A program made the translations under genes and the position numbers. The notes beneath the pieces are model-generated. The model ran no database searches, was not told the DNA's origin, and saw nothing but the letters and a program-made list of their open reading frames with translations. From Chitinophagaceae bacterium (lineage in GTDB: Bacteria > Bacteroidota > Bacteroidia > Chitinophagales > Chitinophagaceae): 43,175 bases of DNA. Positions 33,423 through 43,175 of this stretch are shown here, one piece after another (position 1 is the stretch's first letter; each line of letters opens with the position of its first letter). The stretch covers positions 1 through 43,175 of the forward strand of contig DATJGC010000068.1 in the NCBI GenBank assembly GCA_035495345.1, in the 5' to 3' direction.

Positions 33423-35585
33423 ATGCCTGCAGATGTCAGCTGTTCAGCCCTTATTTTTGTGGAAATTAGCATTATCAGTCAACCGGTTTCCATACTCGCT
33501 AACCCTATTGAATACCTGAAAGGGGTGGGTCCGCAACGCGGAGACCTCCTCAAAAAGGAATTGGGCATTTATACTTTTGCAGACCTGCTGGAACATTTTC
33601 CGCACCGGCACATTGATAAAACAAAGGTGAGTGCCATTGGCGAGATACGCGCAGACACAGAATTCATCCAGGTAGCCGGCAAACTGGTCAGCAGCGGTAT
33701 CATGGGTGAAAAGCGCGGGCGGCGGCTGGTGGCTACGCTGCGCGATGCTACCGGAGAAATAGAACTGGTCTGGTTCCAGGGCATCAACTGGGTAGAAAAG
33801 ATGCTTCACCTGGGCAATGAATACCTGGTGTACGGAAGGGTAAGTTTCTTCCAGGGGATGCCTCAGATCAGTCATCCTGAAACCGAGCCTTTCCAAAAGG
33901 AGAAAACAGAAGGAAAATCTTTCCTGGAACCGGTGTACCCTGCTACCGAAAAACTGAAGGCACGCGGCCTCGGGGGGCGACAAACCGCCAAGCTCACTTT
34001 TGCGTTGTTCAGCCTGCTGCGCGAAACCGATATACCCGAGAACCTCCCCGCAATTGTTATAGACTCGCTTCAGCTGATGCCCAGGGCCATCGCTTACCGG
34101 CAATTGCATTTTCCTTCGTCTCCGGAGAAATATGAAGAAGCATTAAAAAGATTAAAGTTTGAAGAGTTTTTCCTGGCGCAGGTGCGCATGCACCTGGTAA
34201 AAGCGGCCCGGCATCGTTACTCCAAAGGCAATACGTTTAGCCAGGTAGGTCCCCTGTTCAATAGTTTTTACAAAGACTTTCTGCCTTTTGAACTTACCGG
34301 CGCGCAAAAGCGCGTACTGCGCGAAATCAGGAATGATACCGCCCAGGGCAAACAAATGAACCGTTTGCTACAGGGAGATGTGGGCAGCGGCAAAACCGTG
34401 GTGGCCCTGCTCTGCATGTTGCTGGCAGCCGATAATGGCTTTCAAAGCTGCCTGATGGCGCCCACTGAAATACTGGCTACGCAACACCTGCAGAGTCTGC
34501 AGCAATTGCTGAAAGGTATGCCGGTAGAAATAGCATTGCTCACCGGGTCTACCAAAAAAGCTGCCCGTGCAAAGATGATGGCAGACCTGGCGGAGGGGCG
34601 ACTGCAAATACTGATTGGCACCCATGCAGTGATAGAAGACTATGTGCAGTTTCACAATCTCGGATTGGTAATAGTAGATGAACAACACCGCTTTGGGGTA
34701 GAGCAACGCGCAAGAATGTGGAGGAAGGCGCAGGTGCCCCCGCATATATTGGTGATGACGGCCACGCCCATACCACGTACGCTGGCCATGACCGCTTATG
34801 GTGATCTTGATTACAGCATAATAGACGAGCTGCCGCCCGGCCGCCTACCCATTACTACCGCCCACCGGTTTGAGTACGACCGCACCCGGGTGCTGGAGTT
34901 TATAAAAACAGAGATTGACCAGGGAAGACAGGCTTATATTATTTTTCCGCTCATAGAAGAATCCGAAAAACTGGATTTTGAAAACCTGATGCGCGGGTAT
35001 GAAAACGTAAAAGCATTTTTTCCGGAACCAAAGTATTGGATCAGCATGGTGCATGGCCGGCAGAAACCTGATGTGAAAGAAACCAATATGCAGCGGTTTG
35101 TAAAGGCAGACACGCAGATAATGGTATCTACCACGGTGATTGAAGTTGGGGTGAATGTACCCAATGCTTCCGTGATGGTAATTGAAAGCGCAGAAAAGTT
35201 TGGCCTCTCTCAATTGCACCAGTTGAGGGGCAGGGTAGGTCGGGGTGCCGACAAGAGTTTTTGCATCTTATTAACAGGGCTTCAACCAACCAAAGTGGCC
35301 AGGCAGCGTATAAAGATAATGTGCGCCACCAACGACGGTTTTAAGATTGCAGAGAAAGATTTGGAGTTGCGCGGACCAGGCGATATTGAAGGCATCCGCC
35401 AAAGCGGCGTACTCAACTTCAAGTTAGCAAGCATTGTGCTTGATAAACAGCTTTTGCAGGTTTCAAAGGAGATGGCGGAGCGGGTGCTGGACGAGGATCC
35501 TGAACTGAATTCGGCTGAAAATTTGCAGCTCAAACAATTCCTCCAATTTCAAAAAGGCAAGACCGCCTGGAGCAAAATTTCGTAA
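33423..35585 (+). CDS. recG: ATP-dependent DNA helicase RecG
   Basis: 720 aa. The N-terminal wedge region has IEYLKGVGPQRGDLL. Helicase motifs are GDVGSGKT, VDEQHRFG, MTATPIPRT and QLHQLRGRVGRG. The true start may lie a little downstream of 33423. Confidence 0.93.
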   Translation: MPADVSCSALIFVEISIISQPVSILANPIEYLKGVGPQRGDLLKKELGIYTFADLLEHFPHRHIDKTKVSAIGEIRADTEFIQVAGKLVSSGIMGEKRGRRLVATLRDATGEIELVWFQGINWVEKMLHLGNEYLVYGRVSFFQGMPQISHPETEPFQKEKTEGKSFLEPVYPATEKLKARGLGGRQTAKLTFALFSLLRETDIPENLPAIVIDSLQLMPRAIAYRQLHFPSSPEKYEEALKRLKFEEFFLAQVRMHLVKAARHRYSKGNTFSQVGPLFNSFYKDFLPFELTGAQKRVLREIRNDTAQGKQMNRLLQGDVGSGKTVVALLCMLLAADNGFQSCLMAPTEILATQHLQSLQQLLKGMPVEIALLTGSTKKAARAKMMADLAEGRLQILIGTHAVIEDYVQFHNLGLVIVDEQHRFGVEQRARMWRKAQVPPHILVMTATPIPRTLAMTAYGDLDYSIIDELPPGRLPITTAHRFEYDRTRVLEFIKTEIDQGRQAYIIFPLIEESEKLDFENLMRGYENVKAFFPEPKYWISMVHGRQKPDVKETNMQRFVKADTQIMVSTTVIEVGVNVPNASVMVIESAEKFGLSQLHQLRGRVGRGADKSFCILLTGLQPTKVARQRIKIMCATNDGFKIAEKDLELRGPGDIEGIRQSGVLNFKLASIVLDKQLLQVSKEMAERVLDEDPELNSAENLQLKQFLQFQKGKTAWSKIS

Positions 35586-35715
35586 ATACCACTGTAAGAC
35601 TCAACACATATATTGTAACACTACTATAAAGCGCTTGTATAACTACGATAGTACAGGGCAAGGCCGATAAGATTTACGGATAAATAACGTTTAAAATTGG
35701 TAAATTAGACAAACA

Positions 35716-38700
35716 TTGAAGACAAACAAGCAAATAGTTTTTTTCCTAATCACCCTCCTTACAACGCAGTTATCAGCACAGCAAAGCAACTTTGATTTCG
35801 TAGAAAACAAAGGGCAGTGGAACAGCCAGGTAAAATTTATGGGGGATGTAGGCACCGGCGCGTTCTATCTTGAAAAGACCGGTTTCACCGTATTGCTGAA
35901 CAGCCCTGCAGATTTAAAGAAAATCCATGATCGCGTTCATGGCGGCAGCAACAATACCAGCGACCATAGCGGCCATCCGGGTGGGGGCAATGCCGGTAAC
36001 CCGGAAGCGTTGAATACCCTTAGAACCATCAACCCCAGCACTTCAATACCTACGCTGCCTGCCAGCAGTAACCCTGTGCTTCTTCATTCTCATGCCTACA
36101 AAGTGCAGTTTGAAGGTGCCAATGAGGACGTGCAGATAATACCCGAGAAAGTACAGGAATCTTATAACAACTACCTGCTTGGCAATGACCCGTCTAAATG
36201 GGCTTCTAATTGCAAAATCTATAAAAGCGTTACTTACCGGAACATGTACCCGGGTATTGATGTTCGTTACTATGCAGACAATGGTTCTCTCAAATATGAT
36301 ATTGTTGTAAACCCCGGTGCTAATGCTGCCAGCATTGCCATGCGGTATGAGGGCGCGGATCAGCTGCAAATAAAAAATAGCCTGCTCTACGTAAAAACTT
36401 CTGTGGGCGATGTAAAAGAGCTTGCGCCTTACAGTTACCAGTTTGATAATGTGAATGGCAAGACCGATGTAAACTGCAAGTATGAAATTGTAAACGGCAA
36501 CACTGTTCGTTTCAAAATAAGATCCTATTCGCGCGAGGTTCCGCTGATCATTGATCCAACCATTATATTTTCTTCATTCAGCGGCAGTAAGACGGATAAC
36601 TGGGGTTTTACCGCAACCCCCGGCCCCGACGGAAGCCTTTTTGGTGGTGGTATTGTACAGCAAAACGGTTATCCTGTTACGCCGGGCGCTTTAAAACCAA
36701 CTCCCGGTGGCGGCACCTGGGATATCGGTCTTACCCGTTTTAGCCCCGACGGGTCATCCAGGATGTACAGTACTTTTCTGGGCGGCAAGGGTGATGATTT
36801 TCCGCTGAGCATGATTTCAGATCCGCAGGCCAACCTGGTATTGATGGGCAGAACTTATTCAACTGATTTTCCGGGCAAGGCCATTCTACCACCACCCACA
36901 GGCGGCGGACCGGCACCTTCTACCGGTGCAGACCTGGTAGTCATAAAGCTGAACCCGGGTGGTACCGGTTTTCTTGGCTCCCTACGTATCGGTGGCACCG
37001 GCTTGGATGCTGCTAATATTGAAGATCAACGCGCCAATGGAACGCCAAAAAGAACCCGTACCATTCGTTTTTACGGAGATGATTCACGCGGAGAAGTAAT
37101 ACTGGATGCGGGGGGCAATATCTATGTGGCTACCCAGACCCAGTCAGACGATTTTCCGATGGTAAATCCCTTTCAACCCAATAAAGCGGGCGCACAGGAT
37201 GGTGTAATCCTTAAGCTTGACCCCAGCTGTAACAATATTATTTTCAGTTCATACCTGGGAGGTAAGGGAGACGATGGCGTTTTTGTGATGGACATCAGCC
37301 CTACCTCCGGTAATCTTTATGTGGCTGGGGCTACGGCCAGCACAGATTTTCCGGGTGTTAAGCCAGGCGTAAAACAAACCACCAATCTCGGTGGGGGTAC
37401 AGACGGATTTGTTACCGAGCTGGCCAGCAATGGCAGCGGTATCATTTCCACCACCTATCTTGGCACCAATAGCTATGATGCTATTTATGGAATTAAGTTC
37501 GACAAGCTGGGCTATCCCTATATCATGGGTATCAGCGAGGGCAGCTGGCCAGTGATCAACGCGGCCTACAGCAATGCCAATTCTCACCAGTTCATCGCCA
37601 AGCTGCAAAAAGATTTGTCAGATTTCATTTACTCAACGGTGTTTGGAAGCGGCAGCGCTACTTCGCCCAACCCAAATATTTCGCCGGTGGCCTTCCTGGT
37701 AGACCGTTGCGAGAATGTGTATGTCTCCGGCTGGGGCGGTTCGCCCTTTGTACAGGGAGATGGTGGTTTTGCCCAGCAGGGTACACAGGGTATGCCCATC
37801 AGTCCCGGCGCTTTGAAATCTTTTACAGATAACAAAGACTTTTATTTTATCGTAATACGCAAAGACGCCGTCTCACTATTATACGGAAGCTTTTTTGGGC
37901 AGGGCGGCACGGGTGCCAGTGGCTTTGGAGAGCATGTGGATGGCGGTACCAGCAGATATGATCAACAGGGGGTTATTTACCAGGCCATTTGCGCCAACTG
38001 TGAGGGCAACTCATTTGGCAGCCCCAGCCCGCCATACCCAACTACACCAGGTGTGGTGGGTCCGGTAAACGGCGCCGGCAACAATGGTTGTAACCTAGGC
38101 GTGGTAAAGATTGCCTTTAACTTTTCCGGCGTGGGTGCAGGCGTTCGCGCATTCATCAACGGTGCCTATGATACCAGTGGTTGTGTGCCCTTAACCGTAG
38201 AATTCAGGGATACGGTGCGCACCGCTACCAGTTATGAATGGAATTTTGGTGATGGATCGCCCATACTGACTACAAAGGATTTTATCACGAGCCATGAATA
38301 TACGGCGGTGGGAGATTACAGGGTGATGCTGGTGGGGATTGATTCTACTACCTGCAATATCCGTGACACCGTGTATACCACCATCAGGGTAAGGAATAAC
38401 CAGGCGTTTTTGAATTTCAGGGTGAATAAACTGCAGCCCTGTGAATCCTTATCTTACCAGTTTACCAATACCAGCACCACAGCGGCATCGGCACCACCGT
38501 TTACTAACCAGTCATTCGTCTGGGACTTTGGCGATGGTACACCGCGCGTTGTTGCGGGTGCGGGTGCCATTACGCATAATTTTGCCGCGCCGGGTTCGTA
38601 TAATGTGCGGCTGGTATTGTCTGACACCAATTATTGCAATGCGCCTGATTCTATGCCGCTGCTATTGCGTGTAGCGCCCTTGGTAAAAGCGCAGTTTAGA

Positions 38701-39456
38701 ACGCCCCCGCTGGGCTGTGTGCCTTACACTGCGGTGTTTGAAAACACTTCGCTGGCAGGTTACGACTTCACCTGGGATTTTGGCGATGGTACCACTTCAA
38801 ACGAAGCAGGGGCTACCGTAACGCATTTATATACTACCCCGGGCAATTATACCATTAAGCTGGTGGCTATTGATACCAATACCTGTAACAAAATAGACTC
38901 GGTATCTATGAGCATCACTACTGCGGGTAAGCCAACGGCATCGTTTACCGTATCGCCGCTGACACCGCAGCAGAATTTCCCTTACACTTTTACCAATACA
39001 TCTTCACCAGATGCTATAAGATTTAAATGGCTTTTTGGCGATGGTGATTCTCTGCAAACCAATAGTCGTGCAAACGTAGACCACCAGTACAATGCCAGCG
39101 GTACGTTTGAAGTATTGCTGATAGCCATTAACAGTGCGGGATGCCCGGATACCGCGCGCGCCAGTGTAGTATCTATCATTGTGCCCAAGCTGGATTTGCC
39201 CAATGCGTTTACACCGCTTACCAATGGCGCCAATAGTACCATCTATGTACGCGGATTTGGTATTGGCAGAATGACCTGGCGCATCTACAACCGTTTTGGC
39301 AACCTGGTATTTGAAAGTAATAGCCAGGCCAATGGCTGGGATGGAAAATACAAAGGCGTGCTACAACCCATGGATGTGTATGCGTACACGCTGGAAGTGG
39401 AGTTCACAGACGGCACCAGGGCATCGAAAAAAGGAGATATTACGTTACTAAGGTAG
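35716..39456 (+). CDS. T9SS type B cargo: SBBP beta-propeller repeats + 4 PKD domains + gliding-motility-associated (type B) C-terminal domain
   Basis: A TTG start is followed directly by a signal peptide (MKTNKQIVFFLITLLTTQLSAQQ). It has FVENKGQW, repeated Y.TFLGG.G.D...TDFP blocks, and four W.FGDG PKD cores. The C-terminus reads PNAFTP...IYNRFGNLVFES...WDGKYKG...GDITLLR. Confidence 0.88.
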   Translation: MKTNKQIVFFLITLLTTQLSAQQSNFDFVENKGQWNSQVKFMGDVGTGAFYLEKTGFTVLLNSPADLKKIHDRVHGGSNNTSDHSGHPGGGNAGNPEALNTLRTINPSTSIPTLPASSNPVLLHSHAYKVQFEGANEDVQIIPEKVQESYNNYLLGNDPSKWASNCKIYKSVTYRNMYPGIDVRYYADNGSLKYDIVVNPGANAASIAMRYEGADQLQIKNSLLYVKTSVGDVKELAPYSYQFDNVNGKTDVNCKYEIVNGNTVRFKIRSYSREVPLIIDPTIIFSSFSGSKTDNWGFTATPGPDGSLFGGGIVQQNGYPVTPGALKPTPGGGTWDIGLTRFSPDGSSRMYSTFLGGKGDDFPLSMISDPQANLVLMGRTYSTDFPGKAILPPPTGGGPAPSTGADLVVIKLNPGGTGFLGSLRIGGTGLDAANIEDQRANGTPKRTRTIRFYGDDSRGEVILDAGGNIYVATQTQSDDFPMVNPFQPNKAGAQDGVILKLDPSCNNIIFSSYLGGKGDDGVFVMDISPTSGNLYVAGATASTDFPGVKPGVKQTTNLGGGTDGFVTELASNGSGIISTTYLGTNSYDAIYGIKFDKLGYPYIMGISEGSWPVINAAYSNANSHQFIAKLQKDLSDFIYSTVFGSGSATSPNPNISPVAFLVDRCENVYVSGWGGSPFVQGDGGFAQQGTQGMPISPGALKSFTDNKDFYFIVIRKDAVSLLYGSFFGQGGTGASGFGEHVDGGTSRYDQQGVIYQAICANCEGNSFGSPSPPYPTTPGVVGPVNGAGNNGCNLGVVKIAFNFSGVGAGVRAFINGAYDTSGCVPLTVEFRDTVRTATSYEWNFGDGSPILTTKDFITSHEYTAVGDYRVMLVGIDSTTCNIRDTVYTTIRVRNNQAFLNFRVNKLQPCESLSYQFTNTSTTAASAPPFTNQSFVWDFGDGTPRVVAGAGAITHNFAAPGSYNVRLVLSDTNYCNAPDSMPLLLRVAPLVKAQFRTPPLGCVPYTAVFENTSLAGYDFTWDFGDGTTSNEAGATVTHLYTTPGNYTIKLVAIDTNTCNKIDSVSMSITTAGKPTASFTVSPLTPQQNFPYTFTNTSSPDAIRFKWLFGDGDSLQTNSRANVDHQYNASGTFEVLLIAINSAGCPDTARASVVSIIVPKLDLPNAFTPLTNGANSTIYVRGFGIGRMTWRIYNRFGNLVFESNSQANGWDGKYKGVLQPMDVYAYTLEVEFTDGTRASKKGDITLLR

Positions 39457-39600
39457 CGGGTCAATAAACAAATGGTAAGGCGAAGCGTTTATCAATTTCT
39501 TGACAGCATTAAAGGATCCACAATGAGTGCGCACAGACAACAGGAGAAGATGCAAATTGTTTCTTTCAAAGAAGAGGGCGCCGTGGCGCAGGGTTTTGCT

Positions 39601-40656
39601 ATGGCCACTCACAAGGCTGGCATTACAAAACAGGCCGGCCTGCTGCTTACTGTATTGTTGCTGACCGCCGCATCCTTTGCGCAGGATTTACATTTTTCCC
39701 AGTTTTTTAATTCACCGCTTACTACCAACCCTGCTAATACAGGTTTTATTCCGGATGCTGATTACCGCATTGGTGCTAATTACCGCAGCCAGTGGGTTAG
39801 TGTATTGGGCGCACCTTATAAGACCATGAGTGTTTGGGGCGATGCGCAGGTCTTCCGTGATCGGTTTGAAAATGGGTGGCTGGGTGTGGGCGGTGTAATA
39901 TTGCGTGATGTGGCCGGTAGCGGCAATCTTACCTCTACCAAAGTATACGGATCACTGGCCTACCATCAGCAGATAGGGCTGGGCAGCCTGGTAACAGCAG
40001 GTTTTAACGTAGGCTGGGCCAATAAACGAGTAGACCCCACGCAACTAAAATTTCCGGATCAATTCAATAAGGCTACGGGCTTTTTTGATGCCGGTGTTCC
40101 TACTTCCGTGGTATTTAACAGCACCGCTATTAATTATTTGGATGTACAGGCGGGACTTAACTATGCTTATTTTCCTTCTGATAAAGTATATGTAAATGGT
40201 GGTTTCTCGGTGCATCACCTTAACCGGCCCAAAGAAAGTTTTTTTGATGCCACTACCGGTTATGATAACCGGCTGGCGCCACGTTACATTGGTTTTTTAA
40301 ACGGTAGTTTTAAGGTGAACGACCAGGTAATTGTAAACCCCATGGCCTATTACACCACGCAGGCAAAGGCCAGTGAACTGGTGGCGGGCGTAAATGCCAA
40401 TTACAACCTGAGTGGCGATGGCAACCTGCAATTAACCGGCGGCGCTTATTACCGGTTGGGCGATGCCGTTATACCGATGCTTGGTTTTCAATGGAAGATG
40501 TTGCGGATTACCTTCACCTATGACGTTACTACTTCTACTTTGAGTAATTACAACAACGCCCGCGGTGCTATTGAGTTTGCCATTGTAAACCACGGCAATT
40601 ATGGCCAGTATGATGGCAACAGGCGGCAGAGTTGGTGCCCTACATTTACCAATTAA
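39601..40656 (+). CDS. PorP/SprF-family type IX secretion system membrane protein
   Basis: The track ORF starts at 39472. I prefer M44 (ATG 39601), which gives a signal peptide ending in ASFAQDLHFSQFFNSPLTTNPANTGF, the family N-terminal signature. The start is uncertain. It lies immediately downstream of a type B CTD cargo, the usual pairing. Confidence 0.85.
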   Translation: MATHKAGITKQAGLLLTVLLLTAASFAQDLHFSQFFNSPLTTNPANTGFIPDADYRIGANYRSQWVSVLGAPYKTMSVWGDAQVFRDRFENGWLGVGGVILRDVAGSGNLTSTKVYGSLAYHQQIGLGSLVTAGFNVGWANKRVDPTQLKFPDQFNKATGFFDAGVPTSVVFNSTAINYLDVQAGLNYAYFPSDKVYVNGGFSVHHLNRPKESFFDATTGYDNRLAPRYIGFLNGSFKVNDQVIVNPMAYYTTQAKASELVAGVNANYNLSGDGNLQLTGGAYYRLGDAVIPMLGFQWKMLRITFTYDVTTSTLSNYNNARGAIEFAIVNHGNYGQYDGNRRQSWCPTFTN

Positions 40657-40709
40657 TCATACTAAACAAGCTGGCAAAATTTTCCTTCGGTATTCTTTGC
40701 AGCATCCAA

Positions 40710-42431
40710 TTAATTGGCCTGTTCTGCAGCAGAAAGCCTGAAGTCTATTACGCGCAACTGCAAACTGGTTTGACCGTTCCATTCATTTTCATCAAGCGTG
40801 AAGACAATGTCTAATGGCTGTTTTGTTTGCAGCAGGTGAAATTGATGTGCCATATTAAAACCGATACCGCTAAAGACGGTGTTTTCCTGCAGCAGCGAAA
40901 ACCGGATATGTTCTTCCTTCACAATTCTTGACCAACCATTGTCTGTTACACCGCGTGCAATAAAAACGGGGCGCAAATGTTCCGGCCCAAAGGGTTCCAT
41001 CTGCTGTATGATTTTATAGAGCGATGGCGTCAGCGAGCTGAACGATACTTCCGCATCAATCACAATCTCTGGTATGGCAAGGTGCTCGGGGAGCGTGGCG
41101 GCTATGACGGCCTCAAATTTTTCACTGAATAGTTCTACCTGGTCTGGCAGCAGGGTCATACCCGCGGCGGCAAAATGTCCGCCATAGGCCAGCAGGTGCT
41201 CCCGACAGGCATAGATGGCTTCATACAGGTTAAAGCCTGCTACGCTTCTTGCGCTACCGGCTACCAGGTCGCCGCTCTTGGTAAGCACCACGGTGGGTCG
41301 GTAATATTTTTCAATTAACCTGGAGGCAACAATACCCACCACACCCTTGTGCCAGTGGGGCTGAAACAAGACGGTGGATTTCCTGTTTACCAGTACAAGG
41401 TCCTGTTCAATCAATGCCAGTGCTTCTTCCGTGATATTGCCATCGGCTTCCTTGCGGTCTGTATTATCACTGTGCAGCATAGCCGCAAATTCCATGGCCA
41501 TTTTTTCATCTTCTTCCACAAAAAGCTGAACGGCCTTACGGGCATCATCCATTCTGCCCGCGGCATTTACTCTTGGTGCAATTACAAACACAAGGTTGGC
41601 TATCTGCAATGGGGCGGGTTTCAATCCGCTGAGTTGCAATAATGCCTTGATGCCTTTATTGGGAGATTCATTTACTTTTTTAAGCCCGAAGAAAGCAAGT
41701 ACACGGTTTTCACCCGTGAGCGGTACAATGTCTGCGGCAATAGCGGTGGCTACAAGGTCCAGGTAACAGAGATAATCCGCTGCCGGCCTTTGCAGTTCTT
41801 CTGCCATGGCGGTGATCAGCTTAAAGCCAACGCCGCAGCCACAGAGTTCTTTGTACGGGTAGGGGCAATCCGTTTGTTTGGGATTCAGGATAGCATCTGC
41901 CGGGGGAAGGGTGATGTCTGGCAGGTGATGGTCGCACACAATAAAACCAATACCCATTTCTTTTGCATAACGGATAAGATCAACCGATTTTATGCCACAA
42001 TCCAGCGAAATGATCAGTGTAAAGCCATTGTCACGGGCAAAATCAATACCCATTTTTGAAACGCCATAACCTTCGCGGTAACGGTGTGGTATATAAAAAT
42101 CCACGAGTGAGGGTTCATATATTTTTTGCAGGAACTGGTACATGCAGGCAACGGCAGTGGTGCCGTCTACATCATAATCTCCAAAGACCAGTATTTTCTC
42201 CCGCTGCTGCATGGCTGACAGCAGTCGGTCGCAGGCCTTGCGCATGTCTTTCATGAGCCAGGGGTTATGCAGGTGAGAGAGTTGCGGGCGAAAGAAATCT
42301 TTTGCTTCTTCAAAGCTGCGGATACCTCTTTGGGCGAGAATGCCGCAGGCAACGGGACTTATTTTTAGCACCTCCCGCAGGTGCGCTGCTTCGGCAGCAG
42401 GGGCCGTTAATAAGGTCCATCTTTTTTGCAT
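40710..42431 (-). CDS. recJ: Single-stranded-DNA-specific exonuclease RecJ
   Basis: 573 aa. DHH-family motifs are VFGDYDVDGTTA, ISLDCGI, VCDHH and YGGHFAAAG. Confidence 0.93.
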   Translation of the reverse strand: MQKRWTLLTAPAAEAAHLREVLKISPVACGILAQRGIRSFEEAKDFFRPQLSHLHNPWLMKDMRKACDRLLSAMQQREKILVFGDYDVDGTTAVACMYQFLQKIYEPSLVDFYIPHRYREGYGVSKMGIDFARDNGFTLIISLDCGIKSVDLIRYAKEMGIGFIVCDHHLPDITLPPADAILNPKQTDCPYPYKELCGCGVGFKLITAMAEELQRPAADYLCYLDLVATAIAADIVPLTGENRVLAFFGLKKVNESPNKGIKALLQLSGLKPAPLQIANLVFVIAPRVNAAGRMDDARKAVQLFVEEDEKMAMEFAAMLHSDNTDRKEADGNITEEALALIEQDLVLVNRKSTVLFQPHWHKGVVGIVASRLIEKYYRPTVVLTKSGDLVAGSARSVAGFNLYEAIYACREHLLAYGGHFAAAGMTLLPDQVELFSEKFEAVIAATLPEHLAIPEIVIDAEVSFSSLTPSLYKIIQQMEPFGPEHLRPVFIARGVTDNGWSRIVKEEHIRFSLLQENTVFSGIGFNMAHQFHLLQTKQPLDIVFTLDENEWNGQTSLQLRVIDFRLSAAEQAN

Positions 42432-42452
42432 AAGGATAGGTTTAGGACTGCG

Positions 42453-43175
42453 CTAATATTTGCGGTCGGTGGTATAGCGTACCAGTTCTTCAAGAGTGCG
42501 CCGCACATCGGAATCATCAAACTCATAGAGCAACTGCAGGGCCTTGTCGCGGTATTCTTCCATCTTTTTTCTTGTATAGTCGATGCCCCCGCTTGCCTTC
42601 ACGGCTTCAATTACTTCGTGTACTTTTTCTTTGCGGCGGTTTTCATTTTTAATGATATAGATCAGTTTGTTTTTCTGCCGGCTGTCTGCGTGGTTAAGTG
42701 CATATATTAACGGCAGGGTGAGTTTCTTTTCACGGATATCGTTGCCCGTGGGTTTGCCCACGTTGTCTGAGCCATAGTCAAACAGGTCGTCTTTGATCTG
42801 GAAGGCGATGCCTACCCATTCTCCAAACTGTCGCATTTTGGCAGCCGCCAGCTGGTCCTGGGTAGCAGAATAGGCGCCGGCTGCGCAGGAAGAGGCGAGG
42901 AGGGAGGCGGTCTTATTTTTTATGATTTCAAAGTAAGTGTCTTCCTGGAGGTTGAGGTTACGGGCTTTTTCAATTTGCAGCAGTTCACCCTCGCTCATTT
43001 GTTTAACGGCGTGCGATAAAATCTTCAGCACCTCAAAATCGTCATTATCCAGTGAAAGGAGGAGGCCCTTGGAAAGCAGGTAATCCCCCACCAGTACGGC
43101 CACCTTGTTTTTCCAGAGTGCGTTAATGGAAAAGAAGCCGCGGCGTTCATAAGATTCGTCCACCACATCATCGTG
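42453..43175 (-). CDS. Polyprenyl diphosphate synthase (IspB/octaprenyl-type), C-terminal part; the N-terminus lies outside the window
   Basis: The reverse-strand frame is open to the right edge, where it reads HDDVVDES (first Asp-rich motif). The second motif is FQIKDDLFDY, and the C-terminus is ...LVRYTTDRKY. Confidence 0.85.
   Translation of the reverse strand, partial: HDDVVDESYERRGFFSINALWKNKVAVLVGDYLLSKGLLLSLDNDDFEVLKILSHAVKQMSEGELLQIEKARNLNLQEDTYFEIIKNKTASLLASSCAAGAYSATQDQLAAAKMRQFGEWVGIAFQIKDDLFDYGSDNVGKPTGNDIREKKLTLPLIYALNHADSRQKNKLIYIIKNENRRKEKVHEVIEAVKASGGIDYTRKKMEEYRDKALQLLYEFDDSDVRRTLEELVRYTTDRKY

Overview
The window looks like a Bacteroidota chromosome segment. The evidence is five T9SS C-terminal sorting domains, a PorP/SprF gene and no Shine-Dalgarno-type leaders. 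A Chitinophagaceae-like origin is only a guess.

Layout:
(1) 1-14906 is an exopolysaccharide/O-antigen-like locus in two divergent operons. The minus operon holds a Wzc-like co-polymerase, two AT3 acyltransferases, a GT1, a Wzy/O-antigen-ligase-like protein, a half-size TolC-like protein and a membrane protein. The plus operon holds a synthase-like GT2, an orphan receiver, a pseudo-receiver-fused priming sugar transferase, a GT2 and a second synthase-like GT2.
(2) 15262-27750 is a tandem array of four paralogous secreted proteins. Each has a COG4099-type alpha/beta-hydrolase head, PKD-like repeats and a T9SS type A CTD, plus its own long leader. One paralog carries three copies of a module I cannot assign to any known domain. 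This array sits almost exactly in the middle of the window and is my best candidate for the unusual system.
(3) 27756-31741 is a UbiA / DprE2-like SDR / HAD phosphatase operon divergent from a GT-C-like membrane protein. It resembles a polyprenyl-phospho-pentose (DPA-like) donor pathway.
(4) 31742-32522 is a repeat-laden convergent intergenic region with two ~147-bp tandem units, GTCAAAA/TTTTGAC tracts in both orientations and a ~330-bp unassigned island.
(5) 32523-43175 is mostly housekeeping: GT2, recG, a T9SS type B cargo plus PorP/SprF pair, recJ and a partial polyprenyl synthase.

I recognised no rRNA, tRNA, CRISPR, transposase or integrase. All functional calls rest on motifs read from the translations. 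No database search was possible.
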